DNA of 64,000 nucleotides from assembly GCF_902713615.1 (NCBI RefSeq), contig NC_052165.1:14648348-14712347 (forward strand). The letters run 5' to 3'. The position numbers were made by a program, and so were the translations under genes. The DNA comes from Scyliorhinus canicula. Taxonomy: Eukaryota. Shown here piece after piece: positions 1 to 11,410 of this stretch (the stretch's first letter is position 1; the number at the start of each line of letters is the position of its first letter). The notes below the pieces were generated by a model. The model was not told the DNA's origin. It worked only from the letters and a program-made list of their open reading frames with translations, and ran no database searches.

Positions 1-34
1 TTCAGATTACTTATGTCAGAGATTGGGGCCAGTA

Positions 35-358
35 TAGAACATAGAACATACAGTGCAGAAGGAGGCCATTCAGCCCATCGAGTTTGCACCGACCCACTTA
101 AGCCCTAATTTCCACCTATCCCCGTAACCCAATAACCCCATCTAACCTTTTTGGTCACTAAGGGCAATTTAGCATGGCCAATCCACCTAACCTGCATATC
201 TTTGGACTGTGGGAGGAAACCGGAGCACCCGGAGGAAACCCACGCACAGATGGGGAGGACGTGCAGACTCTGCACAGACAGTGACCCAGCGGGGAATCGA
301 ATTGGGACCCTGGCGCTGCGAAGCCATAGTGCCATCCACTTGTGCTACCGTGCTGCCC
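35..358 (-). mobile_element. HE1/V-SINE-type tRNA-derived SINE with CR1/HER1-type tail
   Basis: Minus strand starts GGGCAGCACGGTAGCAC with pol III A/B-box-like head, conserved core GTGGGTTTCCTCCGGGTGCTCCGGTTTCCTCCCACAGTCCAAAGA, tail ...GGCCTCCTTCTGCACTGTATGTTCTATGTTCTA. Confidence 0.9.
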
Positions 359-391
359 TGAAACAGAGAACAGGGAATAAATGCTTGCATA

Positions 392-1020
392 GCATAGGAA
401 CAGGAGAGAGCAATTCAGTCCATTTGAACCATTCCATCAAATTAGACCTGATCTGTTCCCCACTTTACTTCATCTTCTTTTACATCCTGACCAAACAAAA
501 ATTCTGCTGATATCAATCTTGAAGATTTCATTTGATCCAGAATGCACAGCCCTTTGGAGGAAAGAGTTCCAGATTTCTACTGCCCTTCTCTCAACCAGCC
601 TATCTCTAATTTTAAGATTATGCTCCCTTGCTCTGAATTCTATCTTTGTATCTACCCTGACAAGCACTTCAACAGTTTAAACACCTCCAGTGGAGTATGG
701 GATAACCTTCTAAAGTCGAGGACATACAACGGAAATTAATGTGACCTGATGACCTTGTAAATTAACCCTTTAAGCCTCGGTATCATTCTTGTGAATTGTC
801 TATATATCTCTTTATGGTGAGTACATCCTCCCCGAAATGTGGTGAACAAAACTGAACACAGTCTAACCCACCTAACTGATAGATCACCCCCTCAGGTTTT
901 CACACACAGGGCCGTACAAATCTGGAACTGTAAACCCTCTTGAGATAACGGCCAACATTCGATTCGCCATTTCATTTTCCTGTTGGATCTGTACACTAGT
1001 GATTTGTACACACGGAGCTC
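392..1020 (-). mobile_element. Degenerate CR1 LINE 3' fragment
   Basis: Begins with reverse-complement CR1-type tail (CATAGGAACAGGAG...) and encodes decayed VEIWNSFLQRAV..IFKIDI C-terminal motif. Confidence 0.6.
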
Positions 1021-1044
1021 AAAATCCCGTTGGTGCTCCACGGT

Positions 1045-1370
1045 GGGCAGCACTGTAGCACAGTGGTTAGCACTATTGCTTCACAGCTCCAGGGTCCCAG
1101 GTTCGATTCCCGGCTGTCTGTGCGGAGTCTGCACGTTCTCCCCGTGTCTGCGAGGGTGTCCTCCGGGTGCTCCGATTTCCTCCCACAGTCCAAAGATGTG
1201 CCGATTAGGTAGATTGGCCATTCTAAATTGCCCTTAGTGTCCAAAAAGGTTGGGTGGTGTTCCTGGGATCGGGTGGCAGTGTGGGCTTGGGTTGGGTGCT
1301 CTTTCCAAGGGCCGGTGCGGACTCGATGGGACGAATGGCCTTCTGCACTGTAAATTTTATGATTCTATGA
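1045..1370 (+). mobile_element. HE1/V-SINE-type SINE, CR1-type tail
   Basis: GGGCAGCAC head, TGGTTAGCA A-box, GGTTCGATTCCC B-box, core, tail ATTCTATGA. Confidence 0.9.
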
Positions 1371-2278
1371 ACTGATACTCTTCTGAAGTCGATTGGAAAA
1401 TCAGGCAAGGTGGACAACCGATTGTTGATCTTATTGATTGATGAAAATTTAAGATCCACCTGATGATCTTTAGATAACATTTCCAATGATCAGAAGTAGC
1501 TAACTGTCTCATCAACTCCTTCCATTTAAAATTTTGCCAATAGTGACATCCAACAAGAGAATTACAGACAAGGATGAACAATCATTGCAGGATCCAGTTG
1601 GATTTTGCCTCCACTGTTCTATCCAGTTGCCCATTCAAGGTCTGGCCAGACAAATGTGCAGATTGACCATGACTTCGTCCTCTTTCAGCCTTGTAATTCA
1701 ATACTTTTTGTTGCTTGCTGCTCTGAAATAGACACATGGATCATACTAAAGTTCTGAGATGCTTTTTCAAATTCGTTCTTGGTCATTTCATGACCATTAC
1801 TGGGGTATGTACGTTGCCCATTTTTTCTACGTGCAGAATTTTACAATGAATTTTATCTTTCAAGGTCTGTGCACGTGCTCGTGTACACAAAGGTGGACTG
1901 CTGACTTTCCACCACACCTCAGATGCAACAGTGACGACACAGAAAATACACAGCAGCTTGATAGCACCTGAAAGAGAAAGAAAGGTTAATGTTTCAGTGG
2001 TGTGGCTATCTGCCTGCACAGCTGTTGAAGATAATAGCAGTATAAACTACACTACCACAACGTTTTGATAGCTCACTTGTCAATGGCATGCTCAATCTCA
2101 TTAGCAAACGAAGTGGCATTGCATTGCAGGAAATAAAGAGTGCTAAAATGGATGATTTGGGATTTCTGACAGCAGCATAAATAGCTTTTGCAGCAGCAGG
2201 GCTTGAGGCAATCTCGAATCACCACGTGAGGAAGGAACCTTCAAACAAAAATGCGGCACAAGTTGCCCCCCGTGTAAA

Positions 2279-2960
2279 CTATTTAGCAATTGAGAAAATG
2301 ATGGCTCCGAGATCAGTTAAGAAGGTGGTACAGAATAGAGTGACCACCCATTCTAAAACCTGCATCTGGAAGAATAGAATGACTGACATCTGCTGCTGCA
2401 GCACCATCAGGACAGTTAGTGTTAGCTGCCACACTAAAGTCTGACAACCTCCCTGAAAATTTCCAGCCACAAAGTTCATCCTGAAATGCTGCAAAGATCC
2501 AAATATAGTGGTAGATCCGTTTCGGCTTGTATGGGCAGAAATACGGCGTGCCGTGCATGTGGAGGGAGCAGTCAGGCCGCACGCATCTAAGACTAATACC
2601 CAACTTGCCTTTCTGGACCTCCAGTTGAATTCAACAATTTCAGCTTTGCGTAAGTTACAACGAGCTGCAAGCAGCAGTGTTGCGGAGAAAACTATCAGTG
2701 CTCTAAAACTGTTTTTAGATCTGGGGGGGGGGGGGGGCGAGGGGACAGTAGATGGTGGGATCAGCATCTTCCACGTCTTCCAGGACCTGGCTGGCGAAAG
2801 TGATTCCGCCATTGACACCAGGCCTCTGGGGAAAACCTCAGAAGGAGGAAGGGAGAAGTATCATGTGACCCTGCCTATCGCTCTGGAGGAGATGTACACG
2901 AGCAGATCATTAGAGTCAGCAGATCATCCCCACATTGCTTCTGTTCCACGGGATCCTCTT
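2279..2960 (-). pseudogene. Putative DIRS1-like tyrosine recombinase relic (internally deleted, with stops)
   Basis: ORF 2279-2818 contains LLLAARCNLRKAEIVEFNW (box I R-x-x-E), SWVLVLDACGL and ISAHTSRNGSTT (box II H-x-x-R); a CGW motif follows in a shifted frame. Confidence 0.55.
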
Positions 2961-3212
2961 TGCCAAAATCCTACAGTAAAAATACTCCAGGAAAAACAAT
3001 TGCAACACCGTTATCCAATGACACATTTGCAGCTCGAACTATTCACGTTTATGCTTCAGTGCCTGCCTCGCGGGAGCTATTGCCTGTCCTCAGGTTGCTT
3101 TTTGCATGTTACCCAAGTGGCTGTAGCATGGCTGATGGAAGCCATTTCAGTGGGGAGAGTGTTGAAGGCCTTGCCCGGTAATTCTGAGCCTCTCACGATT
3201 GTAAACAGAAAA

Positions 3213-3395
3213 GACTCGGCAGGTCAGGTCAGTACTTGGGAAAAGTGAAAAACTGAGTTAACATTTCAGGTCAATGGCCGTTCATGAGTTCCGATGAAAG
3301 GTTATTGACCTGAAACATCTTTCTTGACAGATTGTGTCTGACCTGCTGAACGATTTCAGTTTTCTCTGTTTTAATCTCATATTTCCAGTATTTTG
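3213..3395. repeat. Palindromic Penelope-derived terminal repeat remnant
   Basis: Imperfect inverted repeat (CAGGTCAG..TTTCAGGTCAAT / ATTGACCTGAAAC..CTGACCTG) centred near 3290, with decayed CCGATGA-stem-GAAAC motif. Confidence 0.6.
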
Positions 3396-3453
3396 GTTTC
3401 TTTGAGCACTGCTCTTTCAGTTCTTTGTGTTGCTTAATTCAGGATGATGAGTG

Positions 3454-3788
3454 TGATGTTCACATAGACCACAAAATAGCTTAAACTTGAACAAATCTAG
3501 ACCTTTATTAACACTACTTAATTAGATTCAACACTTACTCCTATAAAACACACAGTTGATAATTAACATATATTCTCATCTACTTCTAATCTCTACACTA
3601 TTATAAACTATGATCTGCTCTCACTCACACTATCTTTCCTTCAATCTATACTCTAGCTATCTCCTTCAATTCTCTCCCCCCCCCCCCCCCCCCTCCCCAC
3701 CCAAGGTCTTACAATGCCTTATGTACTCCAACTCTAGCTCCCTCTGGTGGCTGATCTGGACATTTAATTAACCCTTGCAATTCTGACA
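3454..3788 (-). mobile_element. LTR-like repeat (about 335 bp)
   Basis: Minus strand TGTCAG...ACATCA ends, AATAAA near the 3' end, CCACCAGAGGGAGC motif; partial inverted copy at 3958-4112; no clear TSD. Confidence 0.55.
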
Positions 3789-3957
3789 TTTATGATAATG
3801 TCGCAAGCACGTTTGGGTCTTGACGACATAGATTCTGACTGCGTCACAACAATCTTTCTGGACCTCGTAGGTCAGTGTTCTAAACTGTTTTTAGATTGGG
3901 GGAGTGAGGGGGCAGTAGAAGGTGGAATCAGCATCTTCCACGTTTTCCACGACCTGG

Positions 3958-4112
3958 CCACCGGAGGGAGCTAGAGTTGGAGTACATAAGACATTGATGC
4001 TAAGCCTTGGGGGGAGAGAAGTGAAGGAGATAGCTAGAGTATAGATTGAAGGAAAGATAGTGTGAGTGAGAGCAGATCATAGTTTATAATGGTGTAGAGA
4101 TTAGTAGATGAG
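3958..4112 (+). repeat. Partial inverted copy of the 3454-3788 LTR-like repeat
   Basis: Reverse complement of approximately 3575-3750 with few mismatches. Confidence 0.85.
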
Positions 4113-5319
4113 TGTAGAACACTGTTGGTGACAACAATCTGAGCTGGCTGCCTGACAGCCAACAGCAGTGACACTGGCAAAGTGACAGTGGATGGATCAC
4201 AAATACTTCCCGAAAGCGGACAGCGGGTTCATATGCCCCCAGGCTACAGCCACTTCCTGGGGTGGCACCTCAGCAGTCAAAATAATGTGCGAGAGCACAG
4301 ATTCCTGGGCTGCTGTTAGAGCCGGCACACACCTATGAGCGCTAGTATCCAGAGCCATGATGGCAGCAAGCTGGACTTGCGTGGCAACAAGCATAGATCT
4401 CATTACCTCAGTCTGAGCTTGATTTTTCTCCAGCTTAGTGAAAGCAACATTCTTATAGCATTTAACCTTGTACCAATTGCCTCACAATGTTCAGAGTTGT
4501 GTCATAATGTTCAATTCTTACATTCAAAAGTTTACCAGTCTGTCATGATACGCAGCAAATCTTCAAGAATGCCTTCTTAACAGAAAACGACACTGGACCC
4601 AGACTGAACCACCATTAAAGTGGACCATCGAGGGCCGAAGGGCCTGTTCTGTGCTGTACTGTTATATGTTCTAAAGTGTGTAATCACCTTTTCTAAAATT
4701 CTGTTGTTAGTGAATACGATATTTAAATGGTGAATAGCTATTTCCAAAAAAGGTAAGAACACTAGTGAATTCCAGTGAATGCTACCACCATGAGGTTAAT
4801 ATTGTCTGCTTTTAATTAAAATCAGAGCTGTTTTTAATTAAGTTAAGTACTGTCCCTATATCTGTGTGTGATGCTCACGGAAGAATGGCTATCTGTTAGT
4901 CGATTACCGTGTTCTCAATTCTAAAGTACAATGTCCTCATTATATATGAATTCTACCTGATACCTATATTTTACCTAACTATTCATGTGATCTGTCACAC
5001 ATAAAGGTTGTGTTCTGCCTGTAACACCTCAACCACATACAGGGCAGTCACACATCCCAATCCCCACTCTTGCTAATGAGCCTTTCTGAACTTTTAGCCC
5101 TCTGACTCTTAATCAAAAGTATTTTTGAATTCAAGAGTGTTATTCAGTCATCCTTTCAGGAAAAGACGGGTTTCCTACAGAATACCTCGCCAATTATTCT
5201 CAGCAGCATAAACGTCATTATTTCCCAATGGAGCAATGAAACATTCGGATGGATGTTTCTGCGCTGTGTGGAGTAGAATCCTAAACATTTTGGTTGGTTG
5301 AATAAATTGGTTGAATCCC

Positions 5320-6643
5320 AACATCGGGCGGGATGCCCCTCCATCCCAAGGTGAACCCGAGGGTCCTATGGGCACCGTGCAGGAGTAGAAGACGCTGGGT
5401 GCCAACCCGGACTTGTCCCATGGAGTGGGGATGATGGCCCTCAGCTGTCCCGGGTTCCATCCCTCTGATGAGGCCAAGTCTTGGGGTCAGCACACGAGAC
5501 AGGGCAGCACGTTGTGGATGTGCCGTCGACAAGTGAGCCGGGGCCCACCGGCCCCAGAGGACGGCCGGCACGGGGCGTGGTAAGCAGCTGGCTGCCTCCA
5601 CCTCAGATGTGCATCCTGGGGACACATCTAGACGTAGTGGTACAGCAAGGAAGGTTAAGCATGTTAAGAATCACTGAGGGCACCGGGGGAGAGGGGGAGG
5701 GGGAGGTACCAACAGGAGAGTAAGGCATTGTTGGACACTTGTCACACATTAAAAACCCTTGACCACAAGCAGCATGACGCCTCTGTCACTTTCTTCTGCC
5801 CAACCTCAGAACCTCCCCGAGGCACTCACCCACCCTCCGGGTGTGACATGTTCCTGGAGCTGTGTCCCACCCCCTGGGTGTTCAGATGTTGACTGTTGCG
5901 TGTGTGGTGTTGCCTCCCGCAGTGTCCAGGCATCAAGCTGTGATTGGGATGCTAGGAAATGATTCCCACATGTTACATGGCCCGCCCACCCACAGAAATC
6001 CACTTGGGTTGTTTGAAGTACTCACTTAACCATGATTGCCAATTCACTACTAACTATAGCCTTCAGCTGCACGACGAGAGGCCTTCTCAATCGGTGCACG
6101 TTATGGGTGGTCGGTGGGGAGCCGGGCAGAGGCAAAGGTTGCCCCTGGAATGGGTACACAAGATCCAGGGGCTGGCATGTTGGTGCTGTGCGCGGTTGCC
6201 CCCAGTGCTTCCCCACTCTTTCCCCCCCACTTTGCATGGCGGCCCACTCCTGCGAGGATGCACACCCCCAGCCCCCTCGCTGAGCACTGGTGCGGAAAGC
6301 CCAGCACCCCCGAACTCTTTGTCTGTGAGCAAAGATGGCTACTCCCCTCCTCAGCTCCCCACAGAAGCCCTTCCGCCAGGTCCACGTTTTTCAAAAGGAG
6401 TATTAATCAGCGCCTTGTTGGGGAGGCCACTAAATGACTGGAGGCCGTTGGATATGGGGTCGCTCCTGCTAATTATAAGAAAATAGGGCTTAATTGGTGA
6501 TAAATAGATCTTGCGATTTCGCTGACGGGAACTGACCGGTTGCTGTTTGGCGTCTGGTGCGGTTCTCGTTTTTGGCCTCTCCCGCTATTCAGCAGCCTCA
6601 TTACGCTCGAGCCAGAGCGCAGCACAGCCGGAGAATCGTGCCC
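5320..6643. mobile_element. PIF/Harbinger-type element fragment, one TIR retained
   Basis: GC-rich; ends in GGAGAATCGTGCCC, the family TIR seen in other copies. Confidence 0.55.
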
Positions 6644-7299
6644 ACAATCTTTCATTCAAACTATGGAAGTAATACCTTAATGCGAATCCTGAAAGCCACT
6701 TGGATAACTGAATAAAATACACTTGGGATCCAAGGGTCTATAAATAAGGGCATTGAGTTCTAAAGCAAGGCTAATGCTAAATCCGTATAAATCCACTGCA
6801 GAATTGGAGATGAGAATGACTGTGATGGTATCAGGGGCGAGAGGCTTTAGTTATGCCGATTACTATTTGACAAAGAAAAATGTACAGAGTTTGGATAAAG
6901 AGCAGGGCAATGCGATTTAAGTTGATATTGGAGCGACTTTGGCGAACTATTGACCTCAAGGACTTCCTCCAAGCTGTAAAACGCTATGATCAATGAAAAC
7001 AATTGTTTAATACTCTAGACTCTGTAGTAAATAAGCTAATCTAAGTGAGTTAACTAACTTCGACATCCCAGGACGAAGGGAAAGAGAGAGTAGAAATAAA
7101 CCCAGCTCCGTCTTCCTGGCTGGTGTTCAGTTGACAGTGGAGATCTTTCAATCTGTTCAGCAGAAGAAAGAGAAGTGCAACCCCAGAAACCTAAAACATA
7201 CAGATGACAGAAATTCAAATGTTGCCACAGAAGGTTGAATGTCAAAGACTATAGGGACTAGATTACATGAATACATTGAAAACTCCAAAAGGACTACTC

Positions 7300-8010
7300 A
7301 GGCCCAGAGCTTTGGTCAAGGCATATAAATAGAGTTGGAAAATTTCCCGACCCTCTTCCCCAGTGTGAGCCACAGACTCAAGCCTGCCTTCCTGACCACT
7401 TACTGGGAGGTGGTTGTAGAGGCAGTCAGCGCTGCCAGTCTCACCAGGAGGAGACAGCTGGTGAACCGAAGGGGTGGGGGATCGCTGGTGAGTCTTCTGC
7501 CCGAAGAGGGGCAGAGACCCAAGCAGTGTGGGTGTCCTCTGGTTGGGGTGAGCTCTACTGATCCCCTGCTTCCTCTGCAATGGGGCAGAGCCTCTGAGGA
7601 GTGACAACCTGGTGAGCCCCTGATTGAGCGTGGCCATGCCCATCCCCTTGGTGATACAGCTTGGGTATAAAGGTGTTCAGAGGGGCAGCCTGTGTGGGCT
7701 CCCACATGACAAGAAGCCTTCTGAGCATTTAAAGGACACCAGCGGCATTCAGCAGTGTGAGCAGCCAGGAGCCTCGAAGTAGCACCAAAGGGGTGTGTTT
7801 AAAAGACGGGCTGGAGCAATGGTGGTCTGAGCCAGGCCAACCCCATCCTGAGGGGGACACCCCGAGTCCACGGACTGGGCACCAAGTCACCACCCGCTAC
7901 TGCCCAGGCCCGGGCGGCCATCACCAGCAAGCCCAAGAGTTTTCTAGGGTTGTTCAGTGCTTTCTTTATCTCCCGGTACTCCTCCGCAGCCATGGCTCCC
8001 AGTCTACGTT
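7300..8010 (+). pseudogene. Harbinger Myb/SANT-like ORF relic
   Basis: TLFP..HRLKPAFLTTYWEVVVEAVSAASLTRR resembles the W-x-x-V-A-x-x-V-S-A helix of Myb/SANT-like Harbinger accessory proteins. Confidence 0.6.
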
Positions 8011-8199
8011 TGTAAATACTTGTAGTAATTCATGCCTGCATATCTTCCACGGAGCATCTTGCAGACACAGAGCATATTGTGTCCAACCCGCTCATCACAT
8101 TCAAACCCTGATAGTAAAAATACCCCATTCATGAAAGTCCATCCAGTTAAAGCTTATTTTAAATCTCAAGTACTTAATCGCTTGGAAAAAAAGCAAACT

Positions 8200-8432
8200 T
8201 ACATTCCGATCTCTGGTGACTGTGTCGAGCTTGCACATTCTCCCCGTGTCTACGTGGGTTTCCTCTGGGTGCTCCGGTTTCCTCTTGTCAGCCAAAAGAT
8301 GTGCAGGTTAAGTGGATTGCCCGTGCTAACTTGCCCCTAAGGTTAGGTGGAATTACGGGGATAGGCCGGGGGATTATTTTGGAAGGTCGGTGCAGGCTCA
8401 AGCGGGCTCCTTCTGCACTATAGGGATTCTGT
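8200..8432 (+). mobile_element. 5'-truncated HE1-type SINE
   Basis: Core and CR1-type tail present, head missing. Confidence 0.8.
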
Positions 8433-8509
8433 AATACCCCACAACAAAGAAATCTAATCCTTTAATAGCCCCTTTAAAATGTCCATGAAATTGAACTCAG
8501 AACATCTCG

Positions 8510-9090
8510 GCTGAGATATACAGGATGTCGGTGAAGCTATATCTGGAGTACCGTGCACAGCGATGGTTTTCTTATTTCAGGAAGGAGGTAAAGGTATTGG
8601 AAACAGTTCAGAGATGGTGTTCAAGACTAATACCTGGAATGGGCAGATTGTCTTACGAAGAATGGTTGGACGGGCTAGGTTTGAATCCACTGGAAATTAG
8701 AAGAGGAAGAGGTGACTTGATTGAAACATATAAGATTCTGAAGCATCCTCAGATGTGGAAAGGATGTTTTCTCTTGTGGGAGAATCTAGAACTTGGGGTC
8801 ACTGTTTAAAAGTAAGTGGTCGCCCATTTGAGACAAAGATTAGGAGATTTACTTTTCTCTCAGACGCTCATGAGCCTTTGGAACTTTCTCCTTCAAAAAG
8901 CCATGGAGGCAGAGTCACTGGATGTTTCTAAGACAGAGCTAGGTGGATTCTTGATAAACAAGAAAGGGTATCAGGGATAGGTGGGAATGTGGAGTTCAGG
9001 TTACAATTGGATTAGCCATGATCTTATTGAATGGCAGAGCAGGCACAGGGGGCTGAGTGGCCTACTCCTGCTCTTAATTCATAGTTTCGT
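8510..9090 (+). mobile_element. CR1 LINE 3' fragment
   Basis: LEYRAQRW..LETVQR..LSYEEWL..RRGRGDLIETYKIL and CR1 3' tail GGCTGAGTGGCCTACTCCTGCTC. Confidence 0.85.
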
Positions 9091-10079
9091 ATACTTTTAG
9101 AAATCAGCCAAGCATTCATAAAGAGCCCTCGGGAAATGACAACAAAAAAGTATTGGAATTGATAGAACGAAGATTTTTTTAATACTCTTGCAGACACCTG
9201 CAGGCTATTGTTTGCATGTTGAAGGGCAGGGAATTTAAATAACTTCACATTATGACCGTTGTACAAATCTTATCTACCTTTTATAGCCATTACATCTATG
9301 AACTGAGCATTGAGCTCAAATAGCCCGGTGTTTGAGATTTGCTTATGTGTGAATCACACCCTTTTCCTGACTGACATAAATGGGATCTGTTGGAAATGGG
9401 GACAGGTCTTGCACATCCAGGTCCAGCCCAGGCCTCATACGCAGAGGATTAAACTTACTTTCCTGCAGTTCTGAGTACCATGTGTAAATCAGAGTTCTGA
9501 GCTCCAGTACCAATAGTGAGGTGACAAACATGTATTTCTAATTGATAACCGTTTCATAAGGTTTGACTTTTTTTTTCCAAGGGCCCATCCCATTTGATTA
9601 AGTGAAGTTAGTCTTCATAGTCACAGATTCCTTTTTTCCACAGCACAACTGAAAGAAAAGTAGTGATGCACAACCTTGGGCAGGGCGATGTTTTAACAAT
9701 TGGTAAGGAATTGGAAACAGCTGGCAAAGGCCCAGACAGTCAAATTGCTTCCACCTGCACTGCAAAATTCTGCCAGTCTAAAGACGTCTTTTGTATATTC
9801 AGTAGACTAACATTGTGTTATAATTTATTCAATAATTCTACAACAGCGATGCCGTTGTCAGCATTATCCATCTCTCTACTGGCCTGTGCTAATAAGGCTC
9901 GTGTACATATCTCCTGTGGCGCAGGAGTTACCGATACTTACTGTGATTTTATGCATGCAATTAAACAGCAACTGACATGGTGCTGCATGGCCACTGTGAA
10001 AGATAAAAGAAATTTTCAAAAGAGCAAAATAACAATAAGTAGGGTTCATGGAGCCATAATAATGTACAGCAGAGGAAGC

Positions 10080-10660
10080 CACCTTTGGACTATTGTGTCT
10101 CTGTCAGTTCTTTAATACAGCAATCCAAAGCTGTTTCCAATTCCCTGCTCGTTCACCATTTCTTTGTATATTTGTCTCCTTCAGGTATTTATCCAGCTTT
10201 CCCTCAGAAAATGTAATGATCTCTACCTGTGGAAAAGCATTATCTACTCCAATAATCCAAAATGCAAAAGAAAGGTTTTCTGACCTCACTCCTCATTCTC
10301 TGAATAACAATCTAAATTGATGGTCCCTCATCGCTAGCTCCATCGCCAGTCGAAATAGTTTATCACAGTTCGCACTTGTCTCAAAAAAACTTTGGTAATT
10401 TTACAAATCTCAGCTGAACCGCTTTTTAATCTCTGCAGTGGAAACATTTCCAGTGTTTCAAAGAACAAAGAACAATACAGCACAGGAGCAGGCCCTTCAG
10501 CCCTCCAAGCCATGATACCAACCAGTACTATAGCTTCACATTTCTGGCCTATCCCTGGTAAACCTGTGCTCTCCCTGGTAAACCTGTGATCTCTCTTTTC
10601 TACGGAAATGGTTCCAGGGATGAGGAACATCAGATACATAGATAAGATTACAGAAGTTGG
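10080..10660 (-). mobile_element. CR1 LINE 3' fragments (two nested tails)
   Basis: Decayed C-terminal motifs (FSEGKLDKYL) and an internal tail AAGAACAAAGAACAATACAGCACAGG. Confidence 0.6.
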
Positions 10661-10664
10661 GACA

Positions 10665-11074
10665 CAACTGCTTGGCCCAAGACTAAGAAACTACAGAGTC
10701 ATGAACACTGCCCAGTCCATCAAGCGAACCTTAGGAAAGCGGGCAACATAATCAAAGACCCCCTTCTCTCTTCCAACCTCTTCCCATCAGGCAGGAGATA
10801 CAAAAGTCTGAGAATGTGCACTAAGAGATTCCAAAACAGCTTTTCCTCGCTGTTACCAGACACCTGAGTGACTCTCTTATGGACTGAACTGATCTCTTCA
10901 TGCATCTTCTCTACAGAGTATGCTTCACCTGATGCCTGTGTCTATGAATTTAGATTGTTTATTTCCGTATGTATTTTATTTTTTTTCCTGTATAGAACGA
11001 TCTGATTGGACTATACGCAGAACAAAACTTTTCACTGTACCTCGGTACACGTGACAATAAATCAAATCAAATCA
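10665..11074 (+). mobile_element. Rex1/Babar-type LINE 3' fragment
   Basis: Homologous to 31447-31930; ends GTGACAATAAATCAAATCAAATCA. Confidence 0.85.
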
Positions 11075-11085
11075 TTCAGTGGTGC

Positions 11086-11377
11086 GCCAGCATCCTCAAG
11101 GTGTGCTTCCGATGCCTGGACCGCTCTGCTGGGGCCCTCCAATATACCCCACGGAGAGTCTCAAACATCGTGCTGTCCTGCTGCGTCCTGCGCAACATTG
11201 TGCAGCAGAGAGGGGACACACTGGTGGAGGAAGAAAGGCAGACCTCATCTGATGGATGAGGAGGTTGTCCTGGACGATCTGGGCGTGGAGCCCAGGCTGG
11301 CAGGGCAGGCTGCCCAAAGTGTGCTCCAGGGCGGCCACACACAGGACAATCTCATCACTTCCAGATTTGCCAACTAA
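11086..11377 (+). pseudogene. PIF/Harbinger DDE transposase C-terminal relic (HARBI1-like family)
   Basis: Translates as ILKVCFRCLDRSAGALQYTPRRVSNIVLSCCVLRNI (LKxRFRCL...CC.LHN motif) and, after a frameshift, DNLITSRFAN*. Confidence 0.8.
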
Positions 11378-11410
11378 GTGGTCTGGCCACTGGCAGCTCC
11401 GCTGCCCTGT

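Noticed and set aside
1045-1120. tRNA genes at SINE heads (this and other copies)
   Set aside because: A/B-box heads run directly into SINE core sequence; no complete cloverleaf
1783-1967. Minus-strand acceptor CTTTCTTTCTCTTTCAG followed by short open frames
   Set aside because: No donor or recognisable peptide; cannot be distinguished from chance
2508-3248. 246-aa plus-strand ORF
   Set aside because: Antisense shadow; substitutions between the two copies are mostly synonymous in the minus frame, and the ORF runs into an unrelated palindromic repeat
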